DNA of 64,000 nucleotides from Candidatus Sumerlaeaceae bacterium (GTDB lineage Bacteria > Sumerlaeota > Sumerlaeia > Sumerlaeales > Sumerlaeaceae). Below, piece after piece: positions 58,409 to 64,000 of this stretch. The stretch is from NCBI GenBank assembly GCA_051003195.1, contig JBPCLP010000025.1, forward strand, positions 106,838 to 170,837. Reading direction: 5' to 3'. Under the pieces are notes generated by a model. That model did no database searches and had not been told where the DNA came from. It saw only the letters and a program-made list of their open reading frames with translations. How positions within the stretch are numbered: position 1 is the first letter of the stretch; each line of letters opens with the position of its first letter. A program made the position numbers and the translations under genes.

Positions 58409-60031
58409 ATGCTCGAGCCGGAAAGCACGAAAGAACACAAGTCCTTCCCAGACGTTCTGATCCTGCTTTTGCTGTGCGCAGGCGCGCTGTTCCTGCGCTG
58501 GTATCGCCTGGACGTCATCAGCTTTCGCTACGACACCGCCGATGCACTATTCCGAGCCCGCGAGATTGCCCGGGGGCATTGGCCTTTGCTTGGAATTGTT
58601 AATTCCCTGGGCTTCCACAATCCGCCGGGTCTGCCATGGGCGATTCTGCCCGCGCTCATAGTCTCACCTTCGCCGGAAGTGGCGACCGCATGGTTTGGGC
58701 TGTTAACAATTACCGGCATCCTGCCAATCTATGGGATTTGCCGCTCGCAGATCGGGCGCTGGAGCTTTCTGCTTCCCTGCTCGGCTTACGCGCTGATGCC
58801 GAACATGGTAGTGGCTGGTCGCAATATCTGGGCGCAGTGGCTGATGCCCGCCATCTTCGCATGGGTACTGCTGTTTTTGATTCGCGCTGTTTTAAAGGGG
58901 CACCGGCCGTTGCACGATATTGGACTGGCATTAGCTCTCACCTGGATCGGATTGGCTGTTCACCTCAGCGGTGTGGTTTACCTTCCGCTGGTGCTGGTTT
59001 GTGCAGCGCTGGCCGCACGGCGAAATTCCTGGAGTGCCGCCCAGATTGGAAAAGTGCTGGCACTCGGTTGCCTGCCTGCGCTTCTGCTAGTGCCGAGTGT
59101 GTTCGATTATTTCAGGACCGAAGGGCAAGGGACTGCGCAGAAGCCCGCGCATATCGAGAAATTTGAGTCGCTGATGCCGCCGCCAGAACCCCTGCTTCGG
59201 CGCCTGCAGGGAAGCCTGAGCGGTGAATTCAACCTGTTTGCCAACACCGCGCAGGCGCGCGACGTGCCGAAGCACACGGCGCTGCTGAGCGGGTTCACAA
59301 CTGCCGCAAAGGTTACGGATGGGCTGCTTTTACTTGCCGCACTTGTGGGAGTCGCCTGCGCTGGAATGATGCTGGCCCGAGGCAGAGGTGGTGCGGAACT
59401 CAGCTCAGGTTTCAGTGGCTTGTTGCTGGCATGGATATTTGTGCCAACGATAATTGGCTGTGTGTTCGCGCCACGCGCAAATTCAACGTACTTCACTCCG
59501 GCTATTCCAGCCCTGCTGCTGAGCACCGCGTTGTTACCACAGCTGGTTGCAAAGAAATCACGGCTTCGACGCGTATGGCTTTCGTCTGGCGTGCTTGCTA
59601 CCATTGCAGTGGTAACCGTTTACATGCTTTTTAACGTCGGGCTTTTCCGCTCCATTGCTGCATCTCCTGTAGTGCAGGGACAATACTACATCCCGCTAAA
59701 AGATCAACGTGCGTTTGCAGAGGTGCTGGCGCAACGCGGCGTCTCGCAGCGGCGGCTGACGCATCTTAGTGGCGAATGGTTTCAGCGTCCGTACAACTAT
59801 CTGCTTCGAGAAGTATACCAGGTACCCGAGGTTACCGCGGAACCAAAGTGGGCTGTGATGGAAGACGTCAACCTTCGCACGCGCCAGCAAGCGCGTGTGA
59901 AATATTTTTATTCGGCAGCGACCCTTCACCTGGACACTGTTGGGGCCGTGCTGTTTGACAGCGCTGAGAGAGCTAAGGAATTTGTCGACGCGTATTACAG
60001 GATTCCGACTGAACAGAACGTCGCGGAATAG
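58409..60031 (+). CDS. ArnT/GT39-like membrane glycosyltransferase
   Basis: LFLRWYRLD..FRYD, WPLLG, GRNIW, multiple TMs. Confidence 0.65.
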   Translation: MLEPESTKEHKSFPDVLILLLLCAGALFLRWYRLDVISFRYDTADALFRAREIARGHWPLLGIVNSLGFHNPPGLPWAILPALIVSPSPEVATAWFGLLTITGILPIYGICRSQIGRWSFLLPCSAYALMPNMVVAGRNIWAQWLMPAIFAWVLLFLIRAVLKGHRPLHDIGLALALTWIGLAVHLSGVVYLPLVLVCAALAARRNSWSAAQIGKVLALGCLPALLLVPSVFDYFRTEGQGTAQKPAHIEKFESLMPPPEPLLRRLQGSLSGEFNLFANTAQARDVPKHTALLSGFTTAAKVTDGLLLLAALVGVACAGMMLARGRGGAELSSGFSGLLLAWIFVPTIIGCVFAPRANSTYFTPAIPALLLSTALLPQLVAKKSRLRRVWLSSGVLATIAVVTVYMLFNVGLFRSIAASPVVQGQYYIPLKDQRAFAEVLAQRGVSQRRLTHLSGEWFQRPYNYLLREVYQVPEVTAEPKWAVMEDVNLRTRQQARVKYFYSAATLHLDTVGAVLFDSAERAKEFVDAYYRIPTEQNVAE

Positions 60032-60126
60032 CTACTAAGAAAAAAGGAATGGCTCCAGGGAGCCGCGCCCCAAGATTCGATTCGCTTCGCTGGAACCAAT
60101 ATTCCCGCCAACCAAAAGCAGGCGTG

Positions 60127-61920
60127 TTATCGTGGAGTCAGTTTGACTGCATCTGCGACAACGACAAATCCTGCGGTTGTCCAGCAGGACAGTCTTGTGG
60201 AATTTGCCCCCGCATTCATCGCATATGTGCCAAGGCTGTTCCATGCGCCGCCGCCGCTTTGCTGGTTCCGGGTTGCCGTGACGTTACCGGAGGAGGTAGT
60301 CACAACATACGGTGCGGTTGACGAACGGTTAGTACCCTGGGTCCACCATGCGTAAGCCTCATAGTTCCCGGCGGACGGTATCGTGTAGTTAAATGTGGCT
60401 GAATCGGAAAGAGCGGCGGTGCCACGGTAGCGATAATCCGCCCCGTATTTATCAGCTGCGGAAGTGCCGGTCGACCAGTTTGCGGATGCAGTGAAACCGG
60501 CGCTCGCATTGTCTACGATGATATCGCTGACCGGCCACAGGATTGCCTTTACGCCGTCGGCGAGAACGACTTTCGCAGACCCCTCCGGAATGCTGTCGGT
60601 GAGTGTGACGCTTCCAGTTCCCGCATTAATATTGTAGTCTCCCAACCGGACCCAGCGGCCACCCGCACGCGTCTGGTTAACGTTCACGGTGCTGGAGCCA
60701 GCCGCATGATCAACGCGGAATGGAGCCGCAGTTGTGCGATTGGTTCCCTGTGGATACCATACGCATACTTCGTATTTCCCGGTGGATGGAACGTTGAGAT
60801 TCCACGTGACAGACGAACCGGACCCGCCGGACCTGTAGCGGTAGTCGGTTCCCCACTTGTCGCGCGCACCCGTGCCTGTGCTCCATGTACCAACGTAGGA
60901 GACGCTTGCGCTGTTGTTATCGACTTTGATCTTTGCCGGATTTCCTGTGTCGAGGGCGCAGCGCTCAATGAGCAACTCGCCCAGTGGCCCGAGTCCGGAA
61001 GTATCATATGGTGACGGCAGAGTGTCTTCGTTTACGTAGCCATTCGAGTAAACGGCAATGATCGCTTCCTTGCCGTTGGGCAATTTAATGTAAGCGATGT
61101 CGTTCAGATCTTCGTACGCGTTGCCGATTTTATTTTCATAAATCGTTCCCGGTGGCAAGCCCCAGCCCAATGGACCATAGGCGCCGAATCGGCTGTGCGC
61201 CAGCAAGCCTCGCATATAGCTCGTCGCGCCGGGCTCCACCGCCCCCTTCTGAATTTCAAGCATCAGAGAGGCCGCGAGCTTGGGATTCATCCGGTTCCCA
61301 CCGCGATACTGCTCGATGTTCACTTGCTCGGCTCCCTCATAATTGCTGTTGGTGGGATACGTCTTGTTCATGGCCGTCATGCCTTCGAGCAACCCATGGC
61401 TCGACAGGTAGTTTTCGGGAAACAGGCGCTTGTTGTAGAATGGCAGAAAGCGCGAATCCGCGGTGGAAGTCACATCGACAATGTTAGCCTGGCCCGTGAT
61501 CCGGTCGACCACGACTCCCGTGTCAAAGTTGCTTGAGACGGTGATCATCGGCCGCACATTGGCATCCAGGTAATTATAGGCCACCCCATTGATGCGCTCC
61601 CAGTACATGGCGGCTGCCAGGTAGGCGAGCTTCACTGTACTCGCGGGATAGGAAAGCGTATCTTTTCCAAACGACCCACGCTTCCATGCGCCGCCGGTAC
61701 CGGGCACCAGCACGACGATGTTGCAGCGGGTAAAGTTGACGGACGGCCGCCTTGCCAGGAACTCTGTCCGGGCCGAGGCAACCTGGCTGTCCAGGGTCGC
61801 GTCATCCGTGATTGTAAATGCGGAGGTGTCTGCCAGCAATGGTGTGGGGGCAACCGCGAGAAGTAAGACAGGTACAACAGTACAGCGTGACCGCGCACGG
61901 TCAAAGAAAGGGAACTGCAT
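60127..61920 (-). CDS. Secreted class A beta-lactamase-like serine hydrolase with two golvesin-like domains
   Basis: PASTVK (SxxK), SSN, NKIG; two IxVDN...W...DKxGxDYRY...ADxVK repeats. Confidence 0.8.
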   Translation of the reverse strand: MQFPFFDRARSRCTVVPVLLLAVAPTPLLADTSAFTITDDATLDSQVASARTEFLARRPSVNFTRCNIVVLVPGTGGAWKRGSFGKDTLSYPASTVKLAYLAAAMYWERINGVAYNYLDANVRPMITVSSNFDTGVVVDRITGQANIVDVTSTADSRFLPFYNKRLFPENYLSSHGLLEGMTAMNKTYPTNSNYEGAEQVNIEQYRGGNRMNPKLAASLMLEIQKGAVEPGATSYMRGLLAHSRFGAYGPLGWGLPPGTIYENKIGNAYEDLNDIAYIKLPNGKEAIIAVYSNGYVNEDTLPSPYDTSGLGPLGELLIERCALDTGNPAKIKVDNNSASVSYVGTWSTGTGARDKWGTDYRYRSGGSGSSVTWNLNVPSTGKYEVCVWYPQGTNRTTAAPFRVDHAAGSSTVNVNQTRAGGRWVRLGDYNINAGTGSVTLTDSIPEGSAKVVLADGVKAILWPVSDIIVDNASAGFTASANWSTGTSAADKYGADYRYRGTAALSDSATFNYTIPSAGNYEAYAWWTQGTNRSSTAPYVVTTSSGNVTATRNQQSGGGAWNSLGTYAMNAGANSTRLSCWTTAGFVVVADAVKLTPR

Positions 61921-62090
61921 CGAAAGAATGCTCCTATTGAGGTAAACCGAGGTGGAGGCCGCGACAGGCTGGTCAAATCGCCCGGCCAGACGACACAGCT
62001 TCACAACCGGGTCGAGTGGGTAGGGGTCCTGAATTGCGGATGTCAAATAAATGCTGGATTCCCTAATGGCGGCGATGGACAACCAGGGAA

Positions 62091-63116
62091 GTGGACACGC
62101 TAACATGGAAAGTTTCTTCGCTCGATCCGGATCCCGAATTGATCGCGAACGCGGCCGAGGCCATACTGGATGGAAAGCTCGTCGCGTTTCCGACGGAAAC
62201 GGTGTACGGACTGGGCGCCAACGCGATGAGCGCGGCTGCGATAGAAAAGCTATTTACCGCCAAGGGCAGACCTGCAACTAACCCGATCATCATTCATATT
62301 GTAACGCGTGCACAGCTCGAACGGGTGGTCAGCTCATGGCCTGCCGAGGCTGAAAAGCTGGCCCACTATTTCTGGCCCGGGCCACTCACGCTGATATTAC
62401 CGAAGAAAAATGCTATCCCTGCGAATGTGACAGCGGGCACGGCCATGGTGGGAGTTCGCGTACCCGACCATCCGGTAGCGCTGGCGCTGCTTAATAAGTC
62501 GAGTTGTCCAATTGCCGCGCCCAGCGCAAACCTCAGCAACGCGATTTCCCCCACTACAGCGAAACATGTTCTGAGTGGGCTTTCCGGTAGAATCGATGCT
62601 GTTCTGGATGGGGGACCGTGCAAAGGCGGGATCGAGTCCACCGTCCTGACATTGTCAGGAGGCGTCCCGCGGATTCTGCGGCCCGGTTTGATCGATCGGC
62701 CAACGCTCGAGATGGTTCTCGGTAAGCCGGTACTTGAAGATGTTAACAGCTTGGACGATACCCAGCCTCTAAGCTCTCCCGGCCAGCTGCCTCGCCATTA
62801 TTCGCCCAAGACGCCATTGGAACTCGTTCAAGGTAGTGGATGGTTGCGTGTCGAAAGACTCCTGGAAGCTGGTCGAAAGGTGGGCTGGTTAACTTTCGGG
62901 ATGGCTGTCGCGCAGGATAGAAGCCATCCCCGGCTTGTCACAAGGCCAATGCCGGCGGATCCGGTAGCGTACTCGACGCGCCTGTATGCTGCGCTGCATG
63001 AGTTGGACGCGGAGAATCTAGACCGAATCGTTTGCGCTGAGCCGCCCGATCGAGATGTCTGGACAGCAATCAGGGACCGGTTGAAAAGGGCGGCTGGACA
63101 AGCTGCGGAAGCTTAG
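62091..63116 (+). CDS. sua5: L-threonylcarbamoyladenylate synthase (Sua5)
   Basis: VAFPTETVYGLGA, KGRP..NP, FWPGPLT, APSAN, SPGQLPRHYSP and the Sua5 C-domain. Confidence 0.95.
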   Translation: MDTLTWKVSSLDPDPELIANAAEAILDGKLVAFPTETVYGLGANAMSAAAIEKLFTAKGRPATNPIIIHIVTRAQLERVVSSWPAEAEKLAHYFWPGPLTLILPKKNAIPANVTAGTAMVGVRVPDHPVALALLNKSSCPIAAPSANLSNAISPTTAKHVLSGLSGRIDAVLDGGPCKGGIESTVLTLSGGVPRILRPGLIDRPTLEMVLGKPVLEDVNSLDDTQPLSSPGQLPRHYSPKTPLELVQGSGWLRVERLLEAGRKVGWLTFGMAVAQDRSHPRLVTRPMPADPVAYSTRLYAALHELDAENLDRIVCAEPPDRDVWTAIRDRLKRAAGQAAEA

Positions 63117-63195
63117 CCCTCTCCGGCCTGCGTGTACACGCGCGAAAGCAAGGTCGTTTGCACCCCACCAAACGCGAAGAGCGACCAAACGCGAA

Positions 63196-63226
63196 GAGCC
63201 CTTCGAGAGTTGCTCTCGAAGGGCTC
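63196..63226 (-). terminator. Hairpin terminator downstream of the rRNA operon
   Basis: Perfect 14-bp stem GAGCCCTTCGAGAG / CTCTCGAAGGGCTC just past 5S. Confidence 0.75.
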
Positions 63227-63240
63227 CGGCAAAAAATAAA

Positions 63241-63357
63241 CCCGGCGGTGTTCTACTCTCCCATGCAGTTGCCCACATAGTACCATCGACGCTGAGGGTC
63301 TTAACGGCCGTGTTCGGAATGGGAACGGGTGGGTCCCCCTCGCTATGACCACCGGGA
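63241..63357 (-). rRNA. rrf: 5S rRNA
   Basis: Reverse complement contains CCCGTTCCCATTCCGAACACGG, GATGGTACT, GGGAGAGTAG. Confidence 0.96.
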
Positions 63358-63506
63358 TACCTGGAAACTTGTGTGTGTGTTGTGCGGCGCTTACGCGCGG
63401 CTGGTTAGCTTCTTTGTAAGAAGCTGGCTGAACAAGACGTGACTTGGATTAGTTTGAAGTAACGTTGAGTTGGGTTGGACTTTTCCAGGTGAAGAAAAGA
63501 AATAAT

Positions 63507-64000
<494 letters not shown>

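Overview
GC-rich bacterial chromosome segment. The pilin family with a conserved 'PNFLEAQTRxKVSR...YDxTNGTxSxG' frame and a secreted protein ending in 'AASDEWMLMQ' suggest Candidatus Sumerlaeota (BRC1); this is inference. Housekeeping content: lysS (5' part), zapA/zapB-like, recR, a ppiD-bamA-skp-lpxC-fabZ envelope cluster, an M16 peptidase, sua5, 5S rRNA and the 3' end of 23S rRNA. There are many secreted and carbohydrate-active genes (GH20, sulfatase, FGE-fold fusion, amidase, two FG-GAP proteins, sugar ABC transporter, sugar-acid catabolism). Best unexplained items: (1) an operon of four ~300-aa acidic, all-helical, probably paralogous proteins at 26249-30035; (2) nested small mobile elements: a 131-bp MITE carrying a REP-like core, inserted twice with a 5-bp duplication at the same position of another repeat, whose copies bracket cargo genes as inverted pairs next to decayed RAYT genes; (3) a Fic toxin with a probable SxxxEG antitoxin encoded antisense over its 3' end; (4) a GxxExxY gene enclosed by 31-bp inverted repeats inside an operon. 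No CRISPR array or tRNA was seen. All family calls rest on motif recognition, not database searches.
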